A DNA stretch of 30,424 nt from Candidatus Methanogasteraceae archaeon UBA261 (GTDB lineage: Archaea; Halobacteriota; Methanosarcinia; Methanosarcinales; Methanogasteraceae). The DNA lies in assembly GCA_002506015.1 (NCBI GenBank), contig DAWR01000136.1, positions 1 through 30,424 of the forward strand, in the 5' to 3' direction. A program made the position numbers and the translations under genes. Below are positions 9,359-19,674 of the stretch, in pieces. The notes under the pieces were generated by a model. That model was not told the DNA's origin. It worked only from the letters and a program-made list of their open reading frames with translations, and did no database searches. Position 1 is the stretch's first letter. Each line of letters starts with the position of its first letter.

Positions 9359-12300
9359 ATGGGAGAATCGTTGCCATTGCAGGAATTAATCGACTTTGAC
9401 GAGCTTCAGGACATTCAGGACGGATTTGCAAAGATTATCCGCGCATCTTCAGTGATCTTTTCACCGGAAGGGGACGCCCTGACCCGTTTCAGCAACCCAA
9501 CCGGTTTTTGTTCGCTGATCCAGTCAACCAAAGAAGGGATGCGGTGCTGTTTCCAGTCATTCACAGATATGGGTCGAAAAGCCCTCGAGTCAGACGAGCC
9601 TGTGATTATGCGTTGCTTCGCGCACGGCGTCCACTTTGCTGCGCCGATCATAATCGATTCTGAGCGCAAAGCAACGATGTTCATGGGACAATTCATAACA
9701 GAGGAGTTCTCTCCCGATCAATTGAAGGAACTCAGAGAAATCGCTGCGCAGATCGACGTGGATCCGGACCGGCTGGTCGCAGAAGCAAAGAAGATGCGGG
9801 TGGTCACAGAAGACGTGGTCCGGAATTATACAACCTCACTGTCACAGACTGTCCGGGCTATTGCGATGCTGGGCGCGCAGGCGGTCGAACTCATGCGGGC
9901 AAAAGACGCTCTCCAGGAGTCACACGACGAACTGGAGTCCCGCGTAAAAGAGCGCACCGCTGAACTCGCTTCAGCAAACACCGGGCTGAAGCGAGAGATT
10001 GCCGAGCGTGAGATTGCCGAAGATCGTATTGATCGCCTGAACAGCGTTCTTAAAGCTATCAGGAATGTTAATCAGTTGATCGTGTCTGAGAAGGACCGAG
10101 ACAATCTCCTCCAGAAAGCCTGTGACATCCTATTGGAGGCGCGGGGCTACGACGCCGCTTGGTTCGGGCTCCTGCGGGAAGATACGACCTTCGAGAGGGT
10201 TATGGGTTCTGACTCAAGACGCGATCCGCCCCGCTTCTGCGATGATATGGTTGACAGGAGTCCTTCACCGTGTTTCAAAGACGCGCTTACCCAGAAAGAG
10301 AGGATCGCGATCGTTGACAAATCCAAAGATTGTGGAGATTGTCCTTTTGGAAGCGCTTATGCCGGAAACGCAACTGTGCTCATCCGTGTCGAACACGCTG
10401 GAAAGCTCTTTGGGCTGCTCGCAATCGCACTTGCCGCCGATGTCGATGTCGATGTCGATGCCACTGCCGATGAGAAAGAACTCCTCAAGGAGGTTGCTTC
10501 CGACATAGCGTTTGCCCTCCATGACATTGAACTGGATGAGGCACGTAAAGCCATTGAGAACGCGCTCCAAGAGAGCGAGGAGAAGTACCGCACCCTAATT
10601 GAGAATGTTCAGGATGGTGTATTCCTCATCCAGGACGGGGAGCTCAAGTTTGTCAACGAGGCATTTGCCAGAATACCCGGCTACACCGTGGAGGAGATCC
10701 GCGGGATGAATTTCGGGGGACTTGTTGCGCCAGAGGACATGGATATGGTTGCTGATCGCTACACCAGGATGATGGCAGGGGAAGATGTGCCCCGGGAGTA
10801 TGAGTTTCATGGCATACGGAAGGGCGAGGATACGCGAACCACCGTTCGTATGACCGTTGGGCTCACCGAGTGTCAGGGTAAGCCGGCAGTGATTGGAACG
10901 GTGAAGGACGTAACCGAGCGCAAAGCGATTGAAGATGCGCTCCGGGAGAGCGAGATTATGTATAGGACCCTTTACGATTCGTCCAGAGACGCTATCATGA
11001 TGCTGACGCCAGAAGAAGGGTTCATAGGCGGAAATTCCGCCATTCTGGAGATGTTTGGGTGCAAAGATGAGACAGAGTTCACGTCCATGACCCCGGCTGA
11101 CAGCTCTCCCGAATACCAGCCGGACGGATCTCTGTCCCTGTCAGAATCTCAGAAGGCGATGGCGATTGCAATGGAGAAAGGATCGCATTACTTTGAGTGG
11201 AAACACAGACGGGTGGACGGGGTGGAGTTCTTTGCTGATGTTTTACTGACCAGAGTGAAACTCGATCACAAAAATTTTTTGCAGGCGACAGTCAGGGACA
11301 TAACCGAGCGTAAGATTGCAGAAGCGGCTCTGCACGAGAGCGAGGCGAAGTACCGCCGACTCACAGAGACAATAGAGGACGCGATCATATCGTTCGGCAT
11401 GGATACGCGTGTCACATATCTCAACCAAGCGGCGATAGAACTGGGAGGTTATAGTGAGGCAGAGGCGCTGCAGATGAAGATCACAGATATACTGCCCGAA
11501 GATCAGATCTCCGAATTCTATGAACGTTTTTCCAAGCGTGCTGCCGGTGAGAATGGACTTTTCATCTACGAAGTGGATTTTATCAGCAAGGCAGGAGAGC
11601 GGATACCGGTGGAAGTGAATTCCTCGATGATTGTAAAGGACAATGAACAATCGGGAATACTTCTCGTCTGCCGCGACATGACCGAGCGAAAAATCGTGGA
11701 TCAAGCGCTGCGCGAGAGTGAGGAGAAGTACCGCACCCTAATTGAGAATATTCAGGATGGTGTATTCCTCATCCAGGACGGGGAGCTCAAGTTTGTCAAC
11801 GAGGCATTTGCCAGAATACCCGGCTACACCGTGGAGGAGATGCTCGGGATGAATTTCGGGGGACTTGTTGCGCCAGAGGACATGGATATGGTTGCTGATC
11901 GCTACACCAGGATGATGGCAGGGGAAGATGCACCCATGGAGTATGAGTTTCATGGCATACGGAAGGGCGAGGATACGCGAACCACCGTTCGTATGACCGT
12001 TGGGCCCACCGAGTATCAGGGTAAGCCGGCAGTGATTGGAACGGTGAAGGACGTAACCGAGCGCAAAGCGATTGAAGATGCACTTTTTGAGTCGGAGGAA
12101 AAATACAGGGTGATGTTTGAGACTGCTAAAGACGCCATATTCCTGTCTGACGAGACCGGGAAGTTCGTGGATGTCAATCAGGCGGCTTGCGAATCGCTCG
12201 GCTACAGCAAAGAAGAATTGCTAAAACTGACCGATAGGGAGATTGACGCAGAATCAACAGGATACAAAGCCTTCCAGAAAGTTCGGAATGGTGTGGAGAA

Positions 12301-14131
12301 AGCGATCTTTCGAGTGAACCAGCAGAAGAAAGATGGGGCACTCCTGCCCGTGGAGATCAGTGGAGGACTCCTCAACATTGGAGCTAAAAGAATCTTCCTG
12401 GCAATTGCTCGTGACATCACTGAGCGCAAGAAAGCAGAAGAAAAATTAAAAGAATCCGAAGAAAAATACAGGGAGCTTGTGGAGAGCGCAAACAGTATTA
12501 TTCTGCGGTTGAGCGCCGATGGTAGAATCCTGTTCTTCAACAAATTTGCGCAGAGGTTCTTCGGCTACACAGAGGATGAGATTCTGGGCAGAAACGCAGT
12601 CGGAACCATTGTGCCCGAGACGGATACCATGGGGCGCGATCTTAGGGCGATGATTATGGATATCGGGCAGAATCCTGAGCGATACACCACACATGAGAAC
12701 GAGAACGTGCGCCGGAACGGTGAACGTGTCTGGGTCTCATGGACGAACAGGGTGGTTCGTGACAGCGAGGGGCGCGTCACAGAGATGCTCTGCATCGGAA
12801 ACGACATCACAGAGCGCAAACAGCTCGAGGAGCGGATGTGCCGGGTAAACGATGAACTGGAGGAACGGGTGGAGGAGAGGACGGTTGAACTAAAACGCGC
12901 AAACGAACAGTTGAACGCGACGATTGCGCAGGGGTATCATGCGCAGAAGATGGAATCACTGGGGATTCTTGCCGGAGGGATCGCACACGACTTCAACAAC
13001 TTCTTAACCATAACTCTTGGCAACATCTCTATTGCAAAGACGGTTGCAGACCCAAATGGAAAGCTGTTCGGGATGCTTTCCGATGCAGAGAAGGCGTCGC
13101 TTCGTGCGAAGGATCTGACCTTGCAGTTACTCGCATTCTCCAGAAGTGGAGAGCCTATCAAGAGAACAATCCGGATCGCAAAGCTGATCGAGGACTCCAC
13201 AATCTTCGCACAACGGGGCTCTAATGTGCAGTGCGAGTTTGAGATACCGGACCATCTCATGAGCGTGGACGCTGACGAGGGGCAGATCAGTCAGGTCGCA
13301 AGCAACATCATAATCAATGCCTGCCAGGCGATGCCTGATGGCGGCACGATCAGGGTCAAGTGTGAGAATATGAAGATTGAGGCGGTTGGGGCAGTAGCCG
13401 GCGAGGCAGGAGAGTCCATACCACTTGCCGGGGGCGACTACGTGAGGATATTGATCAAAGACGAGGGAACCGGCATCCCCGAAGAGCAGATCAACCGGAT
13501 ATTCGATCCGTTCTTCACGACCAAAGAGGAAGGAACTGGTCTCGGGCTTGCAACAGCGCACTCCATCATCGAAAAACACGGCGGATACCTGACCGTCGAA
13601 TCCACGGTCGGTCTTGGATCGACGTTTTATGTATATCTCCCGGCTGCAAAAGAGGGGGTACTGGCAGAAGCGGCTCCGGAGACCTCGGCGGGGGACGGTC
13701 ATGGTGCCGATGATACCGGCGTCAGTGCCAGTGGGCGGATTCTGGTACTGGATGACGAAGAAGATATAAGAGAGCTTCTTGGCATGATCCTTGTGCGTTT
13801 CGGATACGTCGTCGAGTTCTCAGTAGATGGTGCTGAGACGATTGCGATGTACAGAGGAGCCATGGGTTCAGACCATGCGTTCGATGTTGTGATAGTCGAC
13901 CTCACAATCCCGGGCGGGATTGGCGGGGGGGATGTTATCAGAGAACTGACCCAAATTGATCCTACTGTCAAAGCGATCGTCTCAAGCGGTTACGCGAATG
14001 ACCCAATGATGTCGGACTACCGAAAGTATGGTTTCTCAGGGGTGATCTCCAAGCCTTACGAGGTCAGGGATTTGATCAAGACAGTTCGGGAAGTGATAGG
14101 TGTGGCAGAAGGGAGTCATGAACCTGATTGA
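9359..14131 (+). CDS. Hybrid sensor histidine kinase: PocR - GAF - 6x PAS - HisKA - HATPase_c - receiver
   Basis: PocR-like start (LQELIDFDELQDIQDGF...FCSLI...CFAHG), six PAS/PAC units ending DVTERK/DITERK, H-box GIAHDFNN, N/G boxes (IIINACQAM, DEGTGI, FFTTK, GTGLGL), receiver VLDD...VDLTIP...SKPY. Confidence 0.95.
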   Translation: MGESLPLQELIDFDELQDIQDGFAKIIRASSVIFSPEGDALTRFSNPTGFCSLIQSTKEGMRCCFQSFTDMGRKALESDEPVIMRCFAHGVHFAAPIIIDSERKATMFMGQFITEEFSPDQLKELREIAAQIDVDPDRLVAEAKKMRVVTEDVVRNYTTSLSQTVRAIAMLGAQAVELMRAKDALQESHDELESRVKERTAELASANTGLKREIAEREIAEDRIDRLNSVLKAIRNVNQLIVSEKDRDNLLQKACDILLEARGYDAAWFGLLREDTTFERVMGSDSRRDPPRFCDDMVDRSPSPCFKDALTQKERIAIVDKSKDCGDCPFGSAYAGNATVLIRVEHAGKLFGLLAIALAADVDVDVDATADEKELLKEVASDIAFALHDIELDEARKAIENALQESEEKYRTLIENVQDGVFLIQDGELKFVNEAFARIPGYTVEEIRGMNFGGLVAPEDMDMVADRYTRMMAGEDVPREYEFHGIRKGEDTRTTVRMTVGLTECQGKPAVIGTVKDVTERKAIEDALRESEIMYRTLYDSSRDAIMMLTPEEGFIGGNSAILEMFGCKDETEFTSMTPADSSPEYQPDGSLSLSESQKAMAIAMEKGSHYFEWKHRRVDGVEFFADVLLTRVKLDHKNFLQATVRDITERKIAEAALHESEAKYRRLTETIEDAIISFGMDTRVTYLNQAAIELGGYSEAEALQMKITDILPEDQISEFYERFSKRAAGENGLFIYEVDFISKAGERIPVEVNSSMIVKDNEQSGILLVCRDMTERKIVDQALRESEEKYRTLIENIQDGVFLIQDGELKFVNEAFARIPGYTVEEMLGMNFGGLVAPEDMDMVADRYTRMMAGEDAPMEYEFHGIRKGEDTRTTVRMTVGPTEYQGKPAVIGTVKDVTERKAIEDALFESEEKYRVMFETAKDAIFLSDETGKFVDVNQAACESLGYSKEELLKLTDREIDAESTGYKAFQKVRNGVEKAIFRVNQQKKDGALLPVEISGGLLNIGAKRIFLAIARDITERKKAEEKLKESEEKYRELVESANSIILRLSADGRILFFNKFAQRFFGYTEDEILGRNAVGTIVPETDTMGRDLRAMIMDIGQNPERYTTHENENVRRNGERVWVSWTNRVVRDSEGRVTEMLCIGNDITERKQLEERMCRVNDELEERVEERTVELKRANEQLNATIAQGYHAQKMESLGILAGGIAHDFNNFLTITLGNISIAKTVADPNGKLFGMLSDAEKASLRAKDLTLQLLAFSRSGEPIKRTIRIAKLIEDSTIFAQRGSNVQCEFEIPDHLMSVDADEGQISQVASNIIINACQAMPDGGTIRVKCENMKIEAVGAVAGEAGESIPLAGGDYVRILIKDEGTGIPEEQINRIFDPFFTTKEEGTGLGLATAHSIIEKHGGYLTVESTVGLGSTFYVYLPAAKEGVLAEAAPETSAGDGHGADDTGVSASGRILVLDDEEDIRELLGMILVRFGYVVEFSVDGAETIAMYRGAMGSDHAFDVVIVDLTIPGGIGGGDVIRELTQIDPTVKAIVSSGYANDPMMSDYRKYGFSGVISKPYEVRDLIKTVREVIGVAEGSHEPD
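10571..10938 (+). repeat. Intragenic PAS duplication, copy 1
   Basis: 368 bp, with 10 mismatches by manual count to 11714-12081 (offset 1143 bp, in frame). Confidence 0.95.
11714..12081 (+). repeat. Intragenic PAS duplication, copy 2
   Basis: About 97% identical to 10571-10938. Confidence 0.95.
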
Positions 14132-14945
14132 GACGATAATGGGGCGTGCAAGGGCAGAGAAAGCCCGCGTCGGAATTGGAGTAGGCGCAGGCTCGATCAG
14201 CGAGTCAGTACAGAGAGACATCGAGAGTGCGTGCGAGTTTGCCGATGTTGTTCTGATCCGGGACTCTGCAGGATCACGTGCGACAGAGATCAAGACCGAT
14301 ATCGAGATCATCTATTCGGAAACCCCTGAAGAGAAACTGGTGCGGATGCTCATGAACAGGGAGATCGATGCCTGCGTCCGCGGCACACTCAGCGCAACAA
14401 AGACACTCGCATACCTCAGAAGCGCGCTCGGAGTTGCGAGACTGCGGAGACTGTCTCTTCTCACAACCGCTAACAGAACGCCTTTCTTCCTTGCGCCGGT
14501 CGGAATCGACGAGGGGAGTACTGCCCGGGACAGAATCGATCTGGCATGCGAGGGTGCATCCTACATCGCGCGGTTTGGCGTGAGAGCAAAAGTAGCGGTC
14601 ATCTCGGGCGGCAGATTCGAGGACCGTGGCAGAAGTGAGATTGTGGATCGGAGTTTAGCTGACGGTGAAATTGTTGCAGAGGGTCTTCGTTCACTTGGAA
14701 TTGATGCTGAGCACTACGGAATTCTGATCGAGGATGCGGTAGGGGGTGCAGACTTCATCCTTGCGCCTGACGGGATTACTGGCAACCTGATCTTTCGCAC
14801 CCTCACGTTTCTTGGCGGTGGCGGCGGATTCGGCGCACCTGTTCTCACAGACGAGGTGGTATTTGTGGATACCTCGAGGGTGAAGACGAAGTATTCGGAC
14901 GCGATCATGCTTGCGAGCGCTCTCGTGGGAGATGTGGATCGGTGA
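14118..14945 (+). CDS. mtxX: Methanogenesis marker protein 4 / MtxX-like (phosphotransacetylase-like fold)
   Basis: VRGTLSA, LAPVGIDEG, GGRFEDRGRS, ILIEDAV, APDGITGNLIFRTL and VFVDTSR. Start MNLIET with ggag SD, overlapping the kinase 3' end. Confidence 0.85.
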   Translation: MNLIETIMGRARAEKARVGIGVGAGSISESVQRDIESACEFADVVLIRDSAGSRATEIKTDIEIIYSETPEEKLVRMLMNREIDACVRGTLSATKTLAYLRSALGVARLRRLSLLTTANRTPFFLAPVGIDEGSTARDRIDLACEGASYIARFGVRAKVAVISGGRFEDRGRSEIVDRSLADGEIVAEGLRSLGIDAEHYGILIEDAVGGADFILAPDGITGNLIFRTLTFLGGGGGFGAPVLTDEVVFVDTSRVKTKYSDAIMLASALVGDVDR

Positions 14946-15002
14946 ATCACTCTTGCTGCGTGAGAGCTTTGGAGCTTTATTCACATTCGCCGACCAAAAA
15001 AG

Positions 15003-15130
15003 GTACGTGTTTAGCTTAGCTAACCACAAGATCACACAGTCTGCGAAACAGCGGCGCAGCCATCTCCACAATAGTTCTGTGTTAATCTCTTGAAATCTCG
15101 TGGTTTTTTCGTCTCAGCTGAACACATACG
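15003..15130 (+). repeat. Family-1 palindromic repeat, copy C (84-bp core 15022-15105 in shell I)
   Basis: gtacgtgtttagcttagct - core - cagctgaacacatacg. Lies between the convergent mtxX and rpl14 genes. Confidence 0.9.
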
Positions 15131-15152
15131 AAAAAAGTTATCCCTGATCCGC

Positions 15153-15551
15153 TCAAACGACGATTGACGCTGCTGATGCGATCTTCGGGAACCGCTCTGC
15201 CACCTCTCTTGCGACCGGTCCTTTAATCTCTGTTCCTTTTGGTATGCCATCGTCGTCGGTGATCACCACTGCATTGTCCTCAAAGGAGACGCGCATCCCG
15301 TCCGGGCGTTTGTACTCCTTCTTCTGCCGGATCACAACAGCACGCATGATCTGCTTGCGCATATCCGGAGTCCCTTTCTTCACGGATACAACTAGCATGT
15401 CCCCGATTCCGGCTTTTGGATAGCGGTTCTTCACGCCACGGTACCCAACAACCGAGATGACTCCGACAACCCGTGCGCCGGTGTTGTCCACGCAGTTTAG
15501 TTTCGCGCCGGTGTTGAGCGGGCGGGTCATTGATGCACGTATGCCTTTCAT
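15153..15551 (-). CDS. rpl14: 50S ribosomal protein L14
   Basis: [32 protein letters not shown] and [16 protein letters not shown]. Start at 15551 overlaps the rps17 stop. Confidence 0.97.
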   Translation of the reverse strand: MKGIRASMTRPLNTGAKLNCVDNTGARVVGVISVVGYRGVKNRYPKAGIGDMLVVSVKKGTPDMRKQIMRAVVIRQKKEYKRPDGMRVSFEDNAVVITDDDGIPKGTEIKGPVAREVAERFPKIASAASIVV

Positions 15552-15868
15552 GCCCGCGCCACCACCACAAAGGACTTGGTTTTGCTTATCGGGCGACATT
15601 CAGCGATCTTGACGACGTCGCCTTCTTTTGCATTGATGCATGGCGGATTGTGGGCGTGGATCCTCGATCTGCGCTTTTCGTACCGCTCATACTTGAATAC
15701 TTTCTTCTCGTAACTGCGCTCGACCACTACGGTCTTGCCCATCCTGGAACTGATGACAACACCATCCAGCGTCTGCCCGCGAACCGGAAGTGTGCCATGG
15801 AATGGACAATTCGGGTCATCGCATTCCGTTGCGGGCACAGGCACACTCAATCCAATATTTCTGGTCAT
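15548..15868 (-). CDS. rps17: 30S ribosomal protein S17
   Basis: [27 protein letters not shown] and [14 protein letters not shown]. Confidence 0.97.
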   Translation of the reverse strand: MTRNIGLSVPVPATECDDPNCPFHGTLPVRGQTLDGVVISSRMGKTVVVERSYEKKVFKYERYEKRRSRIHAHNPPCINAKEGDVVKIAECRPISKTKSFVVVARA

Positions 15869-16194
15869 CGATTACTCCTTAATTTCTTTGCAATTCTGTC
15901 TTCCGGACGTGCGACCAGCAATCCTCCGTCGATTTTGGTCTTGCTGCCATCCGGCAGACCGAAGATGAATGTAGCATGTGACTTCGGGACGATCTTGTCA
16001 GAGAACCGTGTGCTCAATTCACAATCGCCCGAATAAGAGGGGGATTGTGGGTTGACGATGAGCGTGTTTCTTGTCTCATCAACCACCGTACCCGCAATTC
16101 CGATCATATCAGCGTTTGAACTATCCACAACCGCAGTCTCGAGACCGATTAAGGTATGGAATACCACGTTCTCGGGAGTGATTGCGTATGTCAT
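15865..16194 (-). CDS. rnp1: Ribonuclease P protein component 1 (Rpp29/Pop4 homolog)
   Basis: [19 protein letters not shown] and [13 protein letters not shown]. Canonical position between rpl29 and rps17. Confidence 0.92.
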   Translation of the reverse strand: MTYAITPENVVFHTLIGLETAVVDSSNADMIGIAGTVVDETRNTLIVNPQSPSYSGDCELSTRFSDKIVPKSHATFIFGLPDGSKTKIDGGLLVARPEDRIAKKLRSNR

Positions 16195-16391
16195 ACTCCT
16201 CTCTCTTTCTGAATCGTCTTAATCCGCGCAATGGTGCGCCTCAGGTTCCCAATCAATCCGGGGTTCTCGGGCGCGCCGCCGGTTGCAGCAAGCGCGCGTT
16301 CCCGGATCAGGTCCAGGCGCAGTGACTCAAGCTCATCAAGCATCTCGTGCGGGCTCATGTTCCTGATCTCTTCTGATCTCAAAATCGCCAT
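16191..16391 (-). CDS. rpl29: 50S ribosomal protein L29
   Basis: [18 protein letters not shown] and RRTIARIKT. Confidence 0.96.
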   Translation of the reverse strand: MAILRSEEIRNMSPHEMLDELESLRLDLIRERALAATGGAPENPGLIGNLRRTIARIKTIQKERGV

Positions 16392-16395
16392 CTGC

Positions 16396-17571
16396 TCAAG
16401 CCTCCTCTGTCTCCTTGTGTACGACTGCCATCACATGCCAGTCGGTGCCATCGTGCCTGTGCTCCCAGGTACCATCGACATTGCGGATCTCTGGTTTGCC
16501 AGCAGGCAACCCCTCTGTTTCAACTGGAGATTGTTTTGGTGGCGTGATGTCGGTGCTGTCGTCATCGGGGATGCCCTTTGTTTCAACTGGAGACTCAATG
16601 TCAGGTGTTATGGTATCCGGTGTCATCGCCTCGGCGAGATCAGTCTCTGCTTCGCGCTCGGTGTCTGTCACCTCGTCAGCGACGGTTTCCTCGATTGTGG
16701 ATGGTTCCGGTTCCCCGGTAACTTTCACAGTGTCGAGAGCCTCTTCGGCAACGGTTTCTGCGATTTCAAGTGTCTCCTCAACAACGACTTCCTCTGCAAC
16801 GGGCGCCTCTACCGCCCCGGTAACAGGTGCCTCCTCGATTGTAGATGGCTCCTCAATTGCATCCTCAATGCCAGGTGCCTCGTCAGAAACGATCTTCTCA
16901 ACGTCAGGGGTGTCTTCTGCAACCACCGACCCGGCAACTAGTTCACTCACATCTGCAGCTACAGCCTCAGGTGGTTCGACCTCCACGAGGGCAAAGACAT
17001 CCGGCAGCACAGTACCCGGCAGCACGATCTGGATGCTGCACCCGATCGTGCCAAGCTTCATGACTGCTGTTGCAAAACCGTGCTGAACGATCTGCTCCGC
17101 GGGCTTCCCGGCATGCACGATATAGCCATCGACGATCTTCTCAACCCGCGATCTCGGACCGGTAAGCTTTCCGGAGAGCACAATCCTGCACCCAAGCGCC
17201 CTTGATTCCATGATCCTGCGGAGCGTTGAGTGTGCCGCCTTTCTGAAGTACCAGCCGCGCTCGAGCGCGCTTGCGATCCGGGATGCCATCAACTGTGCAT
17301 TCAGCTCCGGGACATTCACATTCTGCACATCAATCTGCGGATTATCAAGATCGTAGAACTGATTCAGATCCCTTGTCAGCTGGCGAACCAATTTTCCGCC
17401 CTTTCCGATAACCATTCCAGGTTTCTCTGCAAAAATCGTGATCTGAGTTCCCATCGGCGTCCTGTTCATCGTCATTCCGGCGTAACCAGCACGATTGAGT
17501 TGCCTGGCAAAGTATTCACCCATTCTCGCCTTGGTGAGACCTTGTTGCACAAACTTTCGTTCGACTGCCAT
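16396..17571 (-). CDS. rps3: 30S ribosomal protein S3 with long acidic C-terminal extension
   Basis: [35 protein letters not shown] and [11 protein letters not shown], followed by about 190 further residues that are mostly E/A/T/P/V-rich. Confidence 0.96.
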   Translation of the reverse strand: MAVERKFVQQGLTKARMGEYFARQLNRAGYAGMTMNRTPMGTQITIFAEKPGMVIGKGGKLVRQLTRDLNQFYDLDNPQIDVQNVNVPELNAQLMASRIASALERGWYFRKAAHSTLRRIMESRALGCRIVLSGKLTGPRSRVEKIVDGYIVHAGKPAEQIVQHGFATAVMKLGTIGCSIQIVLPGTVLPDVFALVEVEPPEAVAADVSELVAGSVVAEDTPDVEKIVSDEAPGIEDAIEEPSTIEEAPVTGAVEAPVAEEVVVEETLEIAETVAEEALDTVKVTGEPEPSTIEETVADEVTDTEREAETDLAEAMTPDTITPDIESPVETKGIPDDDSTDITPPKQSPVETEGLPAGKPEIRNVDGTWEHRHDGTDWHVMAVVHKETEEA

Positions 17572-17572
17572 G

Positions 17573-18025
17573 TTATAACTCCTCCAGGATCAGTTCAACT
17601 GTCACCGTTTCGGTGTTCTTCGCAGTTGCGCGTCCCATGGCGCGTGGCATGATTCCACGGATCGTTCTGCCTCTCTTTATTGCAGCGTGCGATATTCTCA
17701 TGCGGTCGGGCTCGAGACCTTTGTCCTCGGCGCTGTTCTCAGCGTTGGTGAGAATCTTGAGTATCTCAGATGCCGCACGCACCGGATACCTGCCAGCAGC
17801 CATCTTGCCACGACGGTGTCCGACACCGTGGTTATAGCGTTTGAATGGAACCGCCTGCTTGAGCACTACTACGTCTTCGAGGTACTTCTTTGCAGCCGGT
17901 GTGCGCATATTCTTGATCGTTGTGCATATCTCCCTCGAGTGCTTTGGTGAGATATGCAGTTCATAACCCATCGCTTTTGATGATCTCGTCGGATCTGACT
18001 TGCATGAATACTTGACCCTTGCCAT
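17573..18025 (-). CDS. rpl22: 50S ribosomal protein L22
   Basis: [25 protein letters not shown] and PRAMGRAT. Confidence 0.97.
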   Translation of the reverse strand: MARVKYSCKSDPTRSSKAMGYELHISPKHSREICTTIKNMRTPAAKKYLEDVVVLKQAVPFKRYNHGVGHRRGKMAAGRYPVRAASEILKILTNAENSAEDKGLEPDRMRISHAAIKRGRTIRGIMPRAMGRATAKNTETVTVELILEEL

Positions 18026-18131
18026 TGTATCTCCTTATTGTAACTTTTCACTGTACTTCGGTGTATTTTTCTGCTGATCTGCCGTTTTAATCACTATTTA
18101 ATTGATGTTTTGCAGTGTATCATATCTCACA

Positions 18132-18545
18132 TCACTTAAGCGGCACGAACTTGCTTGATCTTGTCGCACCAACGCCCGCGCTGCCGTGCCTCACAATATG
18201 CCGGGTAAGCGAATACTCGCCGAAGTAATGACCAATCATCTCAGGTTGCACCGATACTCTATTAAACTGTTTACCGTCGTGGATTTCAAGTTCAATTCCA
18301 ATCATGTCCGGAAGAATGATCATGTCTCTGAGATGTGTTCGTAGTATGGTGTCTCCGTCCTTAACACGCTGCATCAACTGCTTATGCTTGTCGTTGAAAC
18401 CTCTTCGAATCTTTCTGCGCTGAGATGCAGGCAGCAGATCCGCAAACTCATCCATGGACAACTTCTTCAGGCTTTCGACAGTATGCCCCTGGTACGTGAA
18501 TTCGCCCTTCCTTCTCGGTATCTTCTTCTTTGTCTTCTTAACCAT
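18132..18545 (-). CDS. rps19: 30S ribosomal protein S19
   Basis: [25 protein letters not shown] and [18 protein letters not shown]. Confidence 0.97.
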   Translation of the reverse strand: MVKKTKKKIPRRKGEFTYQGHTVESLKKLSMDEFADLLPASQRRKIRRGFNDKHKQLMQRVKDGDTILRTHLRDMIILPDMIGIELEIHDGKQFNRVSVQPEMIGHYFGEYSLTRHIVRHGSAGVGATRSSKFVPLK

Positions 18546-18563
18546 GTTTTGCCACCCCGTAAT

Positions 18564-19274
18564 CTAACGCTTTCCGGTACGCCTCGATGCGATGCTTCCG
18601 ACCTTCCGACCTGGCGGTGTCCTTCTACTTACGCTCTTTGGACGCCCGGGATGCTTCCGATTGCCGCCACCGAATGGGTGATCGATCACATTCATGGCAA
18701 CTCCGCTCGTACGTGGATACTTCGCTGCGCGTGTCTTGAGCTTGTGGAACTTCTTGCCTGCCTTAACAAATGGCTTATCAGTACGACCGCCACCAGCAAC
18801 CACGCCGATCATTGCTCTGCAGCGTGGGTGTAGCCATTTCACCAATCCGGATGGCATCTGCACCAGTGTCTTACCAAGATCGTGGGTGACCAGAAGCCCA
18901 TAAGCACCGGAAGCCCTTGCAAAATGCCCGCCGTCTCCAGGATGGGACTCGATGTTGCACACAGGCGTGCCCTCTGGAATTTCAGCCAGCGGCAGCGTAT
19001 TCCCAAGCTTAATCTCAGCTCCTATGCCACACTCGATCTCCTGCCCGACAGACGTCCCCTCACACACGAGAATCAGACGTTCTTCGCCGTTTTCAAAAGA
19101 AATCCGTGCTATAGGCGCGGATCTTGCCGGGTCGTGTAAGATCTCGACAACCTCCGCAACGATTGTGGTATCGCTCATTCGCGGGTGAGTAAGCTTTGCC
19201 TTGTACTTGTGAGAGGGTGCCGTGTATGTCGGCGTTCCGCGCCCCCTGTTCTGTGATATAAGTCGTTTTCCCAT
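18564..19274 (-). CDS. rpl2: 50S ribosomal protein L2
   Basis: [32 protein letters not shown] and [14 protein letters not shown]. Confidence 0.98.
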   Translation of the reverse strand: MGKRLISQNRGRGTPTYTAPSHKYKAKLTHPRMSDTTIVAEVVEILHDPARSAPIARISFENGEERLILVCEGTSVGQEIECGIGAEIKLGNTLPLAEIPEGTPVCNIESHPGDGGHFARASGAYGLLVTHDLGKTLVQMPSGLVKWLHPRCRAMIGVVAGGGRTDKPFVKAGKKFHKLKTRAAKYPRTSGVAMNVIDHPFGGGNRKHPGRPKSVSRRTPPGRKVGSIASRRTGKR

Positions 19275-19284
19275 TACTACTCAC

Positions 19285-19533
19285 CTAAAATAATCCTATT
19301 CTGGTGGCAAGATCATTCGCTGCATCATCCTCTGCAAACGTCACGATCGCTTTCTTCTTGCCCTTTGGTGTGATCATTGTCCTGATTGAAGCTACATCGA
19401 ACCTGTATATCTCTTCAATGTCTCTTTTGATCTGGTTCTTGGTTGCGTTCACGTTCACGATGAACTGGAGTTTATTGTCCTCCTCCAGTTGTATAGTTGC
19501 TTTTTCTGTAATGAACGGGTATTCGATTGTCAT
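19285..19533 (-). CDS. rpl23: 50S ribosomal protein L23
   Basis: YPFITEKA, NKLQFIV, ATKNQIK and TPKGKKKAIV. Confidence 0.97.
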   Translation of the reverse strand: MTIEYPFITEKATIQLEEDNKLQFIVNVNATKNQIKRDIEEIYRFDVASIRTMITPKGKKKAIVTFAEDDAANDLATRIGLF

Positions 19534-19636
19534 GGCATCACTCTTGTATTTCCATACATAGTGATTGCTGTGTACTTTAATATTTGTAATGGGTCAGCCG
19601 AGACTCTTACCGGGTTACCAGCACACAGTCGATAGA

Positions 19637-19656
19637 AGTATATAAAACTTATTATT
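19637..19656 (-). promoter_or_regulatory. Putative BRE/TATA promoter of the rpl23-led block
   Basis: Minus strand reads aataataagttttatatact, about 105 bp upstream of the rpl23 ATG. Confidence 0.55.
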
Positions 19657-19674
19657 ATGTCTTATATGGAATTA

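Noticed and set aside
16191-16194. No SUI1/eIF1 gene between rpl29 and rnp1
   Set aside because: That gene is variably present at this position in archaea, so its absence is not informative.
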